Shown: positions 32,301-41,723 of the stretch, piece by piece
Layout: every line of letters begins with the position of its first letter
Numbering within the stretch: position 1 is the stretch's first letter
NCBI GenBank assembly: GCA_040756235.1
Contig: JBFLZG010000105.1
Location: forward strand, 40,883-104,882
Direction of reading: 5' to 3'
DNA from: a bacterium
GTDB taxonomy: Bacteria; Desulfobacterota; DSWW01
DNA: 64,000 nt
Translations under genes and position numbers: made by a program
The notes under the pieces: generated by a model
Seen by the model: the letters and a program-made list of their open reading frames with translations, nothing else
Databases searched by the model: none
What the model was told of the DNA's origin: nothing

Positions 32301-32609
32301 GTAGATGTCGGTGCCTTCCTCGAAAATGACGTACACGAAGGAGTAGCCGAAGTCGGAGAACCCGCGGATGTCCTTGACCCGCGGAACGCCGAGCATGGCG
32401 GTGATGAGCGGATAGGTGACCTGGTCCTCCATGATGTCCGGGCTGCGGTCCCAGCGTGAGTAGATGATCACCTGGGTGTCGGAGAGGTCCGGGATCGCGT
32501 CGAGCCGGATGTTCGACATGGAGTAGATCCCGGCGACGACTCCCATGCCGGCCAGCAGGAAGATGAGAAACTTGTTGTGGGCCGAAAATTCGATGATGCG
32601 GTTGATCAT
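29334..32609 (-). CDS. cusA: CusA-type Cu/Ag heavy-metal RND permease
   Basis: LDAIPDLSDTQVII, GSEFMPPLDEG.LLYMP, TDPAPFSMMET, MPIKARIDMLTTG. Confidence 0.92.
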   Translation of the reverse strand: MINRIIEFSAHNKFLIFLLAGMGVVAGIYSMSNIRLDAIPDLSDTQVIIYSRWDRSPDIMEDQVTYPLITAMLGVPRVKDIRGFSDFGYSFVYVIFEEGTDIYWARSRTLEYLSNIMPRLPEGVEVELARDETAVGWVFQYALVDTTGRHNLADLRSIQDWYLRYTLQAIPGVAEVAPVGGFVRQYQVNLDPNRLLAYAIPLDRVTEAIREGNNDVGGRLVELSGREYMVRGRGYIRSVADIENIVVGTDSRSGTPVLIKHLGTTVLGPDIRRGIAELDGQGETVGAIVIMRVGENALKVIERVREKLAEIEPSLPEGVELVTTYDRADLIERSIDTLKGTLIEELAIVSLVILVFLWHIPSALIPIITIPITVILAFIPMYGMKITANIMSLGGIAIAIGAMVDAAIVVVEQTHKKLERWDAEGRPGDFRDVVIGAVKEVGGPSFFALLVIAVSFVPVFALEAQEGRLFKPLAFTKNFSMAIAAVLAITLDPAIRLLFTHMRNFNFRPRFLARLANAVLVGKIHSEEKHPISRPLMRAYHPVVELVLRHPWGTILAAVLVVALTVPVFFRLGSEFMPPLDEGSLLYMPTTVPGISVTEAQKLLQVQDKILMSFPEVERVFGKAGRAETATDPAPFSMMETVVLLKPQEEWPKVPRWYSDRAPDWLAGVLRRFWPDHKSTQELIYGPGGLNETMQIPGTVNAWTMPIKARIDMLTTGVRTPVGIKILGADLKVIQDIGLRMEGVLREVPGTTSVYAERTAGGYFLDFALKREELARYGLTVGQAEMAIMSAVGGENVTTTVEGRERYPVNVRYLRDYRDTMDRLGRVLVPAMNGAQIPMAQIADIKLAYGPGMIRDENGRLSGYVYVDVSGRDVGGYVEEAKSVVHSKVDMPPGYTLVWSGQYEYMERVAERLTVVVPFTLFIIFLLLYFNTGSTTKALIIFLAVPFSAVGAIWLLYILGYNTSIAVWVGLIALMGVDAETGVFMLLYLDLAYDEMRARGRMKTREDLRESIVHGAVKRLRPKFMTVAVMFMGLLPIMWSTGAGSDVMKRIAAPMIGGIFSSFVMELAVYPAIYYLWRWHFHVKRAPAAAC

Positions 32610-33109
32610 GGCGCCGGGGGGGCCTCCGTGAGAAGCTCTGCGAGCCGCACCACCCGGCCTCCGTGGCTGGAGGCGAAGTCGGCGGCCTCATCCGGGCCGG
32701 CGAAAGCGAGGATGCTCGGGGTGCAGCGATCGAAGACGCGCTGGTACAGGTGCTTGGTTTCATCGAAAAGAGGTTCGTGCCGATCGCACATCACGACCCC
32801 GCTGCCTTCGACGTAGGAGGCCTTTTCCGGATCCAGGGAACGGCCCGAGGAGTAGTCGGTCACTTCGACCAGGCGCACCGGGCTCTTCTGCTGCAGGGCA
32901 AGGAACAGCCCGCAGCGGACGCAGCACACGGCCTCGCGCCGGCCTCCGGAGTCCTCGATCACGGTCCTGGAGTCCGGATGGATGGGGCGCCGGCAGATTC
33001 TGCAGGTCTCCTGCCCGGTCCGCTGCAGGAGCCAGTAGCCGCCCCACAGGGCGACGCCGATCGCCAGCCCCGCGAGGAACATCCCTTTCGCTCGCCACCC
33101 GTTCCTCAT
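32606..33109 (-). CDS. Membrane-anchored Cys-rich protein, NosL-like
   Basis: N-terminal TM; CRIC, CCVRC; VTDYSSG..A.YVEGS; LAF...A.DFASSHGG resembles the NosL fold. Confidence 0.6.
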   Translation of the reverse strand: MRNGWRAKGMFLAGLAIGVALWGGYWLLQRTGQETCRICRRPIHPDSRTVIEDSGGRREAVCCVRCGLFLALQQKSPVRLVEVTDYSSGRSLDPEKASYVEGSGVVMCDRHEPLFDETKHLYQRVFDRCTPSILAFAGPDEAADFASSHGGRVVRLAELLTEAPPAP

Positions 33110-33343
33110 CGCTCGGTACCGCCATTCATGAGCTCGACCACGTATACTCGAGGGTTCCTTTGCCTGCAGCGAACGTGGCGACCGGGATCAAGCAGCGGAG
33201 CCCTGTCGGTGGACACGCCTGCGGCTTTGTCCACCCTACTGACTGCTCACACCGCTCGCTCGCGGCGTCTTTCCTCTGGGCGCATCGTTGCCACCGCTCC
33301 CTTCAAGATACGGCCTTCCCCTCGCCACCGCCCTCTCTTGCCG

Positions 33344-34843
33344 TCAGCCGCCGTGTCCGGCGTGACCGCCCGCTGCAGCCGGGCTCCGGGGCTGCGGGCC
33401 TTCGCGCCCGTCCCGGGCGCCGCCGGCCTGCCCTTCCTGGCCGGAGGAGGGAGCGCCGCCGTGGCCCGCGTGCGGGCCGCCGCCCGGCATGCTCGACATG
33501 GCCGCCTTGAGCTGGCTTTCCGAATCGATCAGAAAGTTGCCCGAGGTCACGACCTTCTCTCCGGCCTCGAGCCCTGCCAGGACGACGAACTGGCCGTCCA
33601 CCTTGGCGCCGAGCCTGACCCTGCGGGGCTCGAAATACCCGCCCTCGTGATGAACGAAGACGATCTGCTCGACGCCGGAATCCAGCACCGCCTCTTCCGG
33701 CACGGCCAGCTGCGTGCCGTGGCCGACTTGGAGCGCGACCTCGGCGTACATGTCGGGCTTGAGCCTGAAGCCGGGGTTCGGCAGCTCCAGCCGCACCTTG
33801 AGCGTGCGCGTCTCCGGGTTCAGCTCGGGGTAGATGTAGCTCACCTTGGCCTGGAAGGTCTCACCTGGAAAGGAAGAGAGCGTCACATCGGCCGTCTGGC
33901 CCAGCTTGACCATGGGCACCTCGTACTCGTAAATGTCGGCGAAGACCCAGATCCTGGACAAGTCCGCCAGCACATAGAGCTCGGTTTCCGGTGTGACCCG
34001 CTGGTTCTCGAAGGCGTCGCGGGCCACGATGAACCCGTCCATGGGCGAGTAGAGGGTCAGCGTCTTGATCGGCTCGCCCCGTTTCCGGATCTCCTCGATC
34101 TGCTGATCGCTGATATCCCACAGCTTGAGCCGCTGCCGGGCCGAGTCGTACAGGGAGCGGGCGCCCGATGCGATCCCCTCGATCGAGCTGTCCTTGAGAT
34201 AGTCCCTGGCCTTGCTGGAGACGAGGAACTCCTGCTGCGTCGCGACCAGCTCAGGGCTGTAGATGCTGATGAGGGGCTGCCCCTTGCGCACGAGCTTACC
34301 GGTGAAGTCGGCGTAGACCCGGTCGATCCAGCCCTCGATCTTGGTCTGGACCCGGGCGACCCGGGTCTCGTCGAAAGAAAGCCTTCCCACGGTGCGTAGG
34401 GTCTGATTGAGGGGCTTCCACAGGACCTCTCCGATCTGGACCCCGATGAGCTGCTGTCTCTGCGGGCTGATCTGCACGGTGCCCGGAGGCAGGGCCTCCG
34501 GGGGCGGCGCCGCCTCCATGCTCCCGGCGCCGGCCGGGCCGGGCATCCCGGGCATTCCCGGCATGGGCTCGGGGTCTCCCTGCGCCGGCTGTCCGGACTG
34601 CGGCTCGAGCTTGACCAGGCTCATGTTGCAGATCGGGCAGTCTCCCGGCTTGTCCGACTTGTAGGAGGGATGCATGGGGCAATAATAGATCTCTTTCTTC
34701 TGTGCCTCCTGCTTCAATCCGATCACCGTCCCCAACCGGGTCCCCTGCAAGGCCTGAAGCGAGAGGTACCCGCCGCCCGTGACGAGGACGGCCAGCAATA
34801 GAAGCAGAAGGATGCGCAGGATCCGGGGTGCCTTGGAAGCCAT
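33344..34843 (-). CDS. cusB: CusB-type RND adaptor with CPMHP metal-binding domain
   Basis: YYCPMHP..CPICNM; YSPELVATQQE; PETRT; LKPDMY; GNFLIDSESQL. Confidence 0.9.
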   Translation of the reverse strand: MASKAPRILRILLLLLLAVLVTGGGYLSLQALQGTRLGTVIGLKQEAQKKEIYYCPMHPSYKSDKPGDCPICNMSLVKLEPQSGQPAQGDPEPMPGMPGMPGPAGAGSMEAAPPPEALPPGTVQISPQRQQLIGVQIGEVLWKPLNQTLRTVGRLSFDETRVARVQTKIEGWIDRVYADFTGKLVRKGQPLISIYSPELVATQQEFLVSSKARDYLKDSSIEGIASGARSLYDSARQRLKLWDISDQQIEEIRKRGEPIKTLTLYSPMDGFIVARDAFENQRVTPETELYVLADLSRIWVFADIYEYEVPMVKLGQTADVTLSSFPGETFQAKVSYIYPELNPETRTLKVRLELPNPGFRLKPDMYAEVALQVGHGTQLAVPEEAVLDSGVEQIVFVHHEGGYFEPRRVRLGAKVDGQFVVLAGLEAGEKVVTSGNFLIDSESQLKAAMSSMPGGGPHAGHGGAPSSGQEGQAGGARDGREGPQPRSPAAAGGHAGHGG

Positions 34844-34856
34844 CTGTAGCTCCTGT

Positions 34857-36200
34857 TTATTTCGTCAGCTCTGCGCCCACGAGAGGCTCCAGCCGAGCGA
34901 GCGCTTTCTGAAAGTCCGTGACGACTTCATGATATCTGAGCTCGTATTCGAGCAGGGTGATCAGGTTGTCCAGGAGGGTGAGAAAATCCACCTTCCCCAC
35001 CTGATAGCCGGCGACCGCCGATTCCAGCGAGAGCCTGGCCTGCGGAATGACCCCGCTACGGTACAGATCGATCAGACTCTGAGACGTGGTGGCCATGAGG
35101 TAAGCGTCTTTCAGGTCGAGGCCGAGGGAGAGGACCGTGCTCTCCCGCGAGCGCTCGGCGCCGGCCAGCTCGGCCCGGGCGGCTTCCAGCTCGGGCCGCT
35201 GCTTGCGCCAGAAGTACAGGGGCACTTTCACGCCGGCCATGAGCCCGTACATCTCCGGCATCTCCTCGCGGTTGAAATAGGTGAACCCCACGGAGAAGTC
35301 CGGGTAAAACTCCCTGCGGGCGAGCTCCACGCCGTACCGGCTGCGCTCGATCTCGCGCTCCCGCATCTTCAGGCCCGGGTCGTTCCCCAGGGCGAGCTGC
35401 TGGAGCTGCTCGAGCGAGAACGGAAAATCGGCCTTCCGGACTTCTGCGGGACGGCCCAGGGGAGAATCCGCCGGACGAGCGAGCAGGGTGTTGATGCGCG
35501 CCGCGGCCAGCGCCCTTTGCTGCTCCAGGACGGTCGCCCTTTCGATGAGCTTCGAAACCTCCACCTGCGCCTTGAGCACGTCCTGCTGGATGCCCTGTCC
35601 GACCGAGTACTTCGCACCCGCGATGCCGGCGAGCTTCTCGAGCAGGTCCTTGTCCTTGCGCACGGTCTCGATTGCCTGGTGGACGAGGTAATAGTCATAA
35701 TAAGCCTGCTTGACCTCTGCCACGACCTCGCGCCGCACCTGCTCGTAGCTCCACAGCTCGGCCTCCGCCTCCTTGCCGGCCATCTTGCCCTGGAGCCCGA
35801 GCTTGCCCGGGAAGGGGATCTCCTGCTCGATGCCGAAGGTCCGCGCCGACGAGGGATCGCCCTCCTGCAGGGTCGGAGGGATCAGGTCGCCCATGGTCTG
35901 GAACCTGAACATGGGGTCGGGGAGGGTCCTGTTCGGGAGGATCCGGGACTGTTTCGCCTGGACGGCGTTCCAGGCCGCCCGGATGGACGGGCTCTGCTCC
36001 AGGGCAATTCCGAGCAGCTCGTCCAGGGTTACGCCGGTCAGGCCGGCGGGTGAGGTCTCCTCAGCAATTGCCGGGGCAGGCGCTTCCGGTCTCGCCGCCT
36101 CTTGCGCGGACAGATCATCAACGGATTCGAGAAGATACAGGTCCGCAGCCATGGCGCCGCAGAAAAGCAGGAACAGCATTCGCATGCGCTTCATTTGCAT
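34857..36200 (-). CDS. TolC/CusC-family outer-membrane factor
   Basis: LPDP, QEIPFPGKL, YQVGKVDFLTLLD; first gene of the cus operon. Confidence 0.88.
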   Translation of the reverse strand: MQMKRMRMLFLLFCGAMAADLYLLESVDDLSAQEAARPEAPAPAIAEETSPAGLTGVTLDELLGIALEQSPSIRAAWNAVQAKQSRILPNRTLPDPMFRFQTMGDLIPPTLQEGDPSSARTFGIEQEIPFPGKLGLQGKMAGKEAEAELWSYEQVRREVVAEVKQAYYDYYLVHQAIETVRKDKDLLEKLAGIAGAKYSVGQGIQQDVLKAQVEVSKLIERATVLEQQRALAAARINTLLARPADSPLGRPAEVRKADFPFSLEQLQQLALGNDPGLKMREREIERSRYGVELARREFYPDFSVGFTYFNREEMPEMYGLMAGVKVPLYFWRKQRPELEAARAELAGAERSRESTVLSLGLDLKDAYLMATTSQSLIDLYRSGVIPQARLSLESAVAGYQVGKVDFLTLLDNLITLLEYELRYHEVVTDFQKALARLEPLVGAELTK

Positions 36201-36292
36201 CCTTTTTCCCCCGGAGGCCGGTCACCACGGGAGCTCTCCTCTCAACATCAACATGAGACGGTCGAATCCTACCTGATTAGATTTGTGCGAAG

Positions 36293-36440
36293 TGCATGCA
36301 GGATGCCAACTGCTGCACGGGCAGTTTCATCAGCATTTATATGATGTTATGCGCTCATACGTGGTCGCTTGCTGCCCGGGAGCGCGGAATATGGGGAATA
36401 TCTGGAGAATAGCCGACAATTGTGTGCCGAATATTCTGCA
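36293..36440 (-). promoter_or_regulatory. sigma54 promoter of the cus operon with tandem palindromic upstream sites
   Basis: Minus strand TGGCAT-CCTGC-ATGCA (36308-36293); TGGAGAATAGCCGACA (36403) and TGCCGAATATTCTGCA (36425). Confidence 0.68.
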
Positions 36441-36532
36441 AGCATGGATGCCGCGGAGCGGGATGCGGTCGCGCGGGCTACGGACTCCCGGAACCTTGGT
36501 GCCGTTCTCGTCACCGACCTTCCCGCACCGGA

Positions 36533-37003
36533 TCAGACGCCGCCCGCGCCGAGCGCGAGGTTCTCGGCACACCGGAAGAGCGCTCCGCTGTCAGGCCCGC
36601 GCGCTTCATGGCAAGCCAGGCGGACCGTGGAACCCTCCGGCGGCCGGGACGGAAGGCGCACGCTGAAAGCATAGTAATGCCGTCCCTTCCTCGAAACGTA
36701 CTCCGGACCGTAGCGGACGCTGAAATCTTCCAGGACGGCTCCGTCGCGGCCCACGACCGCCACGTCCACGTGACCGGGGCGGACCGGATCCGAGCGCAGA
36801 AGCTGCTTCACGTGCCCGTGGACTTCGAGGCTGCCGTTCGCCTCCCGCAGCCATGCGTCGAGCGCGTACCGGCCGGAGCAAGGCAGGACCTCCAGCGACA
36901 CGCCCGCCCCGTTCGGGCCGCCGGCGCGAGACAGGGCGCAGCCCGCTGCCAGTACCGCAATCAGAACCGCTCCCAATACTGGGGCGCTGTATCCTCTCTG
37001 CAT
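36533..37003 (-). CDS. Hypothetical lipoprotein
   Basis: RBS AGGAGG; lipobox AAGC; GHVDV motif. Confidence 0.7.
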   Translation of the reverse strand: MQRGYSAPVLGAVLIAVLAAGCALSRAGGPNGAGVSLEVLPCSGRYALDAWLREANGSLEVHGHVKQLLRSDPVRPGHVDVAVVGRDGAVLEDFSVRYGPEYVSRKGRHYYAFSVRLPSRPPEGSTVRLACHEARGPDSGALFRCAENLALGAGGV

Positions 37004-37058
37004 TTTGCCCGTCCTCCTTGTTTGTAAGCCAAATGCTCACCACCTTGATCGAACTCTT

Positions 37059-37143
37059 GCCCCCCTTTTGCAAAGGGGGGCTCGGGGGGATTTTGGATGG
37101 AGACGCTGAGCTCCCCCCCGCCCCCCCTTTTTCAAAGGGGGGA
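37059..37143. repeat. Inverted pair of CCCCCTTT..AAAGGGGG palindromic repeats
   Basis: ccccccttttgcaaagggggg and cccccctttttcaaagggggg just downstream of czcA. Confidence 0.7.
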
Positions 37144-37163
37144 GAAGAAACCTCACCTCTGAT

Positions 37164-40100
37164 TCATGACTCCGTGCGGGTCCCGATCCTCGCTGAGTCT
37201 CCGCCTGCCCTTCGGGCGAACCATGCGTAGATCGTGGGCAGCACCAGAAGCGTGAGGAGCGTGCTCGTGATGAGCCCGCCCATGACGACTGCGGCGAGCG
37301 GCTTCTGGATGTCCGCACCCGAGCCGGTGGCGTAGAGCATGGGCAGGTGCCCGATGAAGCTGGTCAGCGCGGTCATGAGCAGGGGCCGGAACCTCAGATC
37401 GCAGCCCTTGCGGATCGTATCCGCCAGGCTCGCGCCCCGCTCGCGGAGCTGCCGGAAGAAGACGAACAACACCACGCCGTTCTGCACCGCGATTCCCAGC
37501 AGGACGATGAAGGCCACCGCCGCGGACACGGACAGCGCCATCCCGAAGACAACGACCGCGATCACGCCGCCCACGACCGCAAACGGCAAATTGAGCAGCA
37601 CGAGAAGGGAGCTCCAGACCGAGCCCAGGGCCATGTAGAGCAGCACCAGGATGAGCAGGAGCGCGATCGGAACGACGATGGCCAGCTGCCGCATGGCGCG
37701 CTGCTGGTTCTCGAACTGCCCGCCGTACTCGACGAAGTACCCGGGCGGAAGCTCCCCGGCGAGCGGAGCGAGTTGCGCCTGCACGTCCTCCACGAAGCCG
37801 CCGAGGTCCCGGCCGCGCACGTTGGCCTCGACCACGACCCGCCGCATGCCGTTCTCGCGGCCGATCTGGGCAGGGGCTTCGACGACCTGGAACTTCGCGA
37901 TCTGCGCCAGCGGAACACGCTCGCCGCCGGTCCCGCGCACGAGCAGACGCTCGACATCGGGGAGGTCCCGGCGCGCCTCCTCCGGGAACCGGACCACGAC
38001 CGCAAAGCGCTGCTGGCCCTCGATCAGGGTGGTGGTCTTCCTGCCGGCCACCGCGGTCTCGATGGCGTCGTTCACGGCCGCGATGTCGACGCCGTATCGG
38101 GCCACCGCCTCGCGGTCGATCACCACGTCGAGCTGGCTCATCCCGGAGACCTGTTCGACCTTGACGTCCTGGGCGCCGTCCACTCCTTGGAGGATCGCCG
38201 CGGTGCGGTCGGCGAAGTCCTTCAGGATGTCGAGGTCCGGCCCGAAGACCTTGACCGCCAGGTCGCTCTTCACCCCGGAGATGAGCTCGTTGACCCGCAG
38301 GGCAATCGGCTGGGAGAAAGAAAAGCGCAGGCCCGGAATCCCGGCGAGGTCCTCCTGGATGGCCGCGACCAGCTCGCCCTTGTCCCGTCCGGTCCCCCAC
38401 TTCTCGCGCGGTCTGAGCATGATGAAGAGGTCGGTCTGCTCCGGACCCATGGGGTCCTCGGAGATCTCGGCGCGGCCGGTCTTGCTCACCACGGTCTCCA
38501 CTTCGGGGAACTCGAGCAGCCGCTTCTCCATGAATGCTGCAACCTTCACGGAGCCGTCGAGGGAGGCATTCGGCAGGCGCACGACGTTCACCGCGATGGA
38601 GCCTTCATCGAGCGGCGGCATGAACTCGGTCCCGATGAACGGCACCAGGGCGACGGCCGCAGCCAGCGACAGCCCCGCGAGGCCCAGGGTCCACGCCGGC
38701 CGCCGGACCGCCCGTGCGAGCAGGTTCATGTACCCCTGGTGAAAACGGCGGACGAAGCGGAACTCCTTCTCCGGGACCTGCTTCAGGACGAGCTCGGAAA
38801 GCACGGGCACAACGGTCAGAGCCACGCCGAGCGACACCAGGAGCGCGATCAGCATGGTGAGCGCGAGGGGCGCGAACATCTTGCCCTCGATCCCCTGCAG
38901 CGTGAACAGGGGCACCAGGATGAGAACGATGATGAGGACCGAGAACGCCACCGGCCGCGCGACCTCCGCGACCGCCTCGGCGACGATCCTCCGCCTGGCG
39001 GAGCGGTCGCGCCGCTCGGCCAGGTGCCGGCGCACGTTCTCGACCACCACGATGGAAGCGTCCACCACCATGCCGACCGAGAATGCGAGCCCGCCCAGGC
39101 TCATCAGGTTGGAGGAGAGCCCGGCCTGCCCCATGACGATGAAGCTCACGAGGAAGGTGAAGGGCAGCGAGAACAGGACGATGAGCGCGGTCGGCAGCTC
39201 GGCGACAAACAGGAACAGCACCAGGACGACGAAGATCCCTCCCTCCAGGAGCACGTCGAGCACCGTCCGGATGCACGCCTCGATGAGGGACGTGCGGTCG
39301 TAGAACACGTTGATGCGCACGCCCTCAGGCAGCGTGCCCCGGATCCGGTCCACCGCCTCCTTGACCCGGCTCACGACCTCCTTGGAGTTCTCCCCCTTGA
39401 GCATGATGATCATGCCGGCCACCACCTCGCCCTTGCCGTCACGCGTGACCGCCCCCTGGCGGGCCTCGGCGCCGATCACGACCTCGGCCACGTCGCTCAG
39501 GTAGACGGGGGTGCCGTCACGGGCCTTGAGCACGATCCGCTCGATGTCCGGGATGTCCTGGAGCAGCCCCACCCCGCGCAGGTAGGTCTGCTCCCAGCCA
39601 CGCACGATCACCCCGCCGCCTGCGTTGGCGTTGTTGCGCTCCACGGCCTCCACCACCTCGCTCGCGGTCAGCCCGTACTTGAGGAGCGCTTCCGGTGCGA
39701 GCAGCACCTGGTACTGCTTCACGTAGCCGCCGAAGCTGTTCACCTCGTTGACCCCCGGGATCGGCTTCAGGAGCGGCGCGACCAGCCAGTCCTGGAGGGT
39801 GCGCAGCTCCATGGCATCCCGGCCCTCGCCTTCCAGGGTGTACTGGAAGATCTCGCCCAGGCCGGTGCTGATCGGTCCGAGCTCGGGTTCCACGCCCGAC
39901 GGCATCTGTTCCCTCGCGATGGCCAGACGCTCGAAAACAACTTGGCGGGTCCAGTAGGTGTCGACGCCGTCCTCGAACACGATCACGACCTGGGAAAGCC
40001 CGGCCTTGGAGAGCGAACGGACCTGCATGACCCTGGGCAGGCCGCGCATCACCTGCTCGATCGGGTAGCTCACCCGCTGCTCGACGTCGACCGCGGCCAG

Positions 40101-40259
40101 GCCCGGGGCCTTGGTGAGGATCATCACCTGGGTGTTCGTGACGTCGGGAAAGGCGTCGATGGGCAGCCGCAGCCAGGCCACGATGCCGGCAACGGTGAGA
40201 ACGCCGGCCGCCAGCAGGACGAGGAACCTGTTCTTGATCAACCACGTGACGAAGCTCAT
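37164..40259 (-). CDS. czcA: CzcA-type divalent heavy-metal RND permease
   Basis: LPIDAFPDVTNTQV, GPISTGLGEI, GTEFMPPLDEG, EDPMGP, FSQPI. Confidence 0.92.
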   Translation of the reverse strand: MSFVTWLIKNRFLVLLAAGVLTVAGIVAWLRLPIDAFPDVTNTQVMILTKAPGLAAVDVEQRVSYPIEQVMRGLPRVMQVRSLSKAGLSQVVIVFEDGVDTYWTRQVVFERLAIAREQMPSGVEPELGPISTGLGEIFQYTLEGEGRDAMELRTLQDWLVAPLLKPIPGVNEVNSFGGYVKQYQVLLAPEALLKYGLTASEVVEAVERNNANAGGGVIVRGWEQTYLRGVGLLQDIPDIERIVLKARDGTPVYLSDVAEVVIGAEARQGAVTRDGKGEVVAGMIIMLKGENSKEVVSRVKEAVDRIRGTLPEGVRINVFYDRTSLIEACIRTVLDVLLEGGIFVVLVLFLFVAELPTALIVLFSLPFTFLVSFIVMGQAGLSSNLMSLGGLAFSVGMVVDASIVVVENVRRHLAERRDRSARRRIVAEAVAEVARPVAFSVLIIVLILVPLFTLQGIEGKMFAPLALTMLIALLVSLGVALTVVPVLSELVLKQVPEKEFRFVRRFHQGYMNLLARAVRRPAWTLGLAGLSLAAAVALVPFIGTEFMPPLDEGSIAVNVVRLPNASLDGSVKVAAFMEKRLLEFPEVETVVSKTGRAEISEDPMGPEQTDLFIMLRPREKWGTGRDKGELVAAIQEDLAGIPGLRFSFSQPIALRVNELISGVKSDLAVKVFGPDLDILKDFADRTAAILQGVDGAQDVKVEQVSGMSQLDVVIDREAVARYGVDIAAVNDAIETAVAGRKTTTLIEGQQRFAVVVRFPEEARRDLPDVERLLVRGTGGERVPLAQIAKFQVVEAPAQIGRENGMRRVVVEANVRGRDLGGFVEDVQAQLAPLAGELPPGYFVEYGGQFENQQRAMRQLAIVVPIALLLILVLLYMALGSVWSSLLVLLNLPFAVVGGVIAVVVFGMALSVSAAVAFIVLLGIAVQNGVVLFVFFRQLRERGASLADTIRKGCDLRFRPLLMTALTSFIGHLPMLYATGSGADIQKPLAAVVMGGLITSTLLTLLVLPTIYAWFARRAGGDSARIGTRTES

Positions 40260-40271
40260 GGCGCCTCCTCG

Positions 40272-41723
40272 TCAATCCGCACAGCCGGCGCCCATCTTGG
40301 AACGAAGGACGTCGGACTTGAGGAGGAAGGCGCCGTCGGCAACGATCGTCTGCCCGGGCGCCAGGCCGGCAACGATCTCTACGTTGTCGTCGAGCTCCTG
40401 TCCCTTCTTCACTTCTCGGCGAAGGTAGTAGTCTTCGGCCAGGTGCACGAAAACAAAGTCGCGTCCCTCGTCGGAAAGAAGGGCGACCTTGGGCACGGCG
40501 AGAACCTCTCTTCCGGAGGCCACCAGGATCTGGATCCCGCAGAACATACCGGGCCTGAGCAGACCCTGGTCGTTGTCCACGGTCACCCGCACCCGCACGG
40601 TCCGGGTCTCTTCATCCATGGTGTCGCCGATATAGTCGATTACGCCTCCGAAGGCGCGGCCCGGGAACGCGTGCACGGACACCTTGACCGGGGTCGGATT
40701 GCGTTTGTTCTCGAGCAGCAGTCTCATGTCTTTTTCATAGATATGGGCCCAGACCCACACCGTTGAAAGGTCGGCCAGCAACAGGACGTCCCTCCCGGGG
40801 TCCACCACCTCGCCGACGACCCCGTGCTTCTCGATGATGGTGCCGCCGAGCGGCGCGCGCACCGGCAACCGGCCGACCAGAATGCCGTTGGCATCCGGCC
40901 GGATCGATGCGAGATCGCGGTCCTTGAGCCCGAAGACGTGCAGCCTCTGCTCGACCGCCTCGAGCTCGGCCTGGTTCTGTTCGTGGCTCATCTGGGCCTC
41001 GATCACGTCCCGTTCCGAGGAGATCTTCCGTGCGAAGAGCGATTTCTCGCGCTCCAGGTTCTTGCGGGAAAGCTCGGTCAACGCCAAGGCCTTCCGGTAT
41101 TCGCTCAGGGCCTGCCCGAGCTCCACGCTCTCGATCTCGAAGAGCACCTGGTCCATGCTGACCTTGGTCCCGATATCCACCTGCATGGACCTGATGACGC
41201 CGGAGACCCGGGGGGTGATGTGAGCGGCAGCGTTTCCGTTCAACTGGATCTCGCCGGTGGCATTGAGCACGGTATCCACCTCGCCCCTCGCAACGCTCAC
41301 GGGCTTGAAGAGCCCGTCTCCTCGACCTGCCGCATCCCTCATGAGAGAGGGATCCACCTTGACCACCCCGACCTCGTAGCGGCACATGGCGCACCGGTGG
41401 GTGGGGATCTCGTGCTCGCACCTGGCCGCCAGGATCTCCTCTACGGACATGTCGAGGTCCCGGCCTGAACCGGCCTCTTCGCCGTGCTCGTGATCGAGGT
41501 GCGCGTGGTCGTGAGCCCCGCGGCCCTCGGGCGCTTTCTCTGCGGCCGGAGCTCCCCGTTCGGCAGCGTGGGTCCGGTGTGCAGGTTCATCAGGGCGAGC
41601 GGCCGCATCGCCGCTGATCGAGCCGCGAGCGTCCTGCCCCTTCGGCCAGAAAAACCAGGCCGCGCCGAAAGCGATGAAGACAACAGCCACAAGGATCGCA
41701 AGCCGAATCCTCTGGGTCCTCAT
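40272..41723 (-). CDS. czcB: CzcB-type RND adaptor with His-rich linker and CEH..CxxC motif
   Basis: HDHAHLDHEH, CEHEIPTHRCAMC, RAPLGG, ETRT, LRPGMF, GAFLLKS. Confidence 0.87.
   Translation of the reverse strand: MRTQRIRLAILVAVVFIAFGAAWFFWPKGQDARGSISGDAAARPDEPAHRTHAAERGAPAAEKAPEGRGAHDHAHLDHEHGEEAGSGRDLDMSVEEILAARCEHEIPTHRCAMCRYEVGVVKVDPSLMRDAAGRGDGLFKPVSVARGEVDTVLNATGEIQLNGNAAAHITPRVSGVIRSMQVDIGTKVSMDQVLFEIESVELGQALSEYRKALALTELSRKNLEREKSLFARKISSERDVIEAQMSHEQNQAELEAVEQRLHVFGLKDRDLASIRPDANGILVGRLPVRAPLGGTIIEKHGVVGEVVDPGRDVLLLADLSTVWVWAHIYEKDMRLLLENKRNPTPVKVSVHAFPGRAFGGVIDYIGDTMDEETRTVRVRVTVDNDQGLLRPGMFCGIQILVASGREVLAVPKVALLSDEGRDFVFVHLAEDYYLRREVKKGQELDDNVEIVAGLAPGQTIVADGAFLLKSDVLRSKMGAGCAD

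Noticed and set aside
28893..32459. Very long opposite-strand ORFs (e.g. 28893-32459, 37347-40766, 52496-55525, 60953-63856, 1602-3104)
   Set aside because: Antisense shadows of well-supported genes in high-GC DNA; no recognisable motifs.
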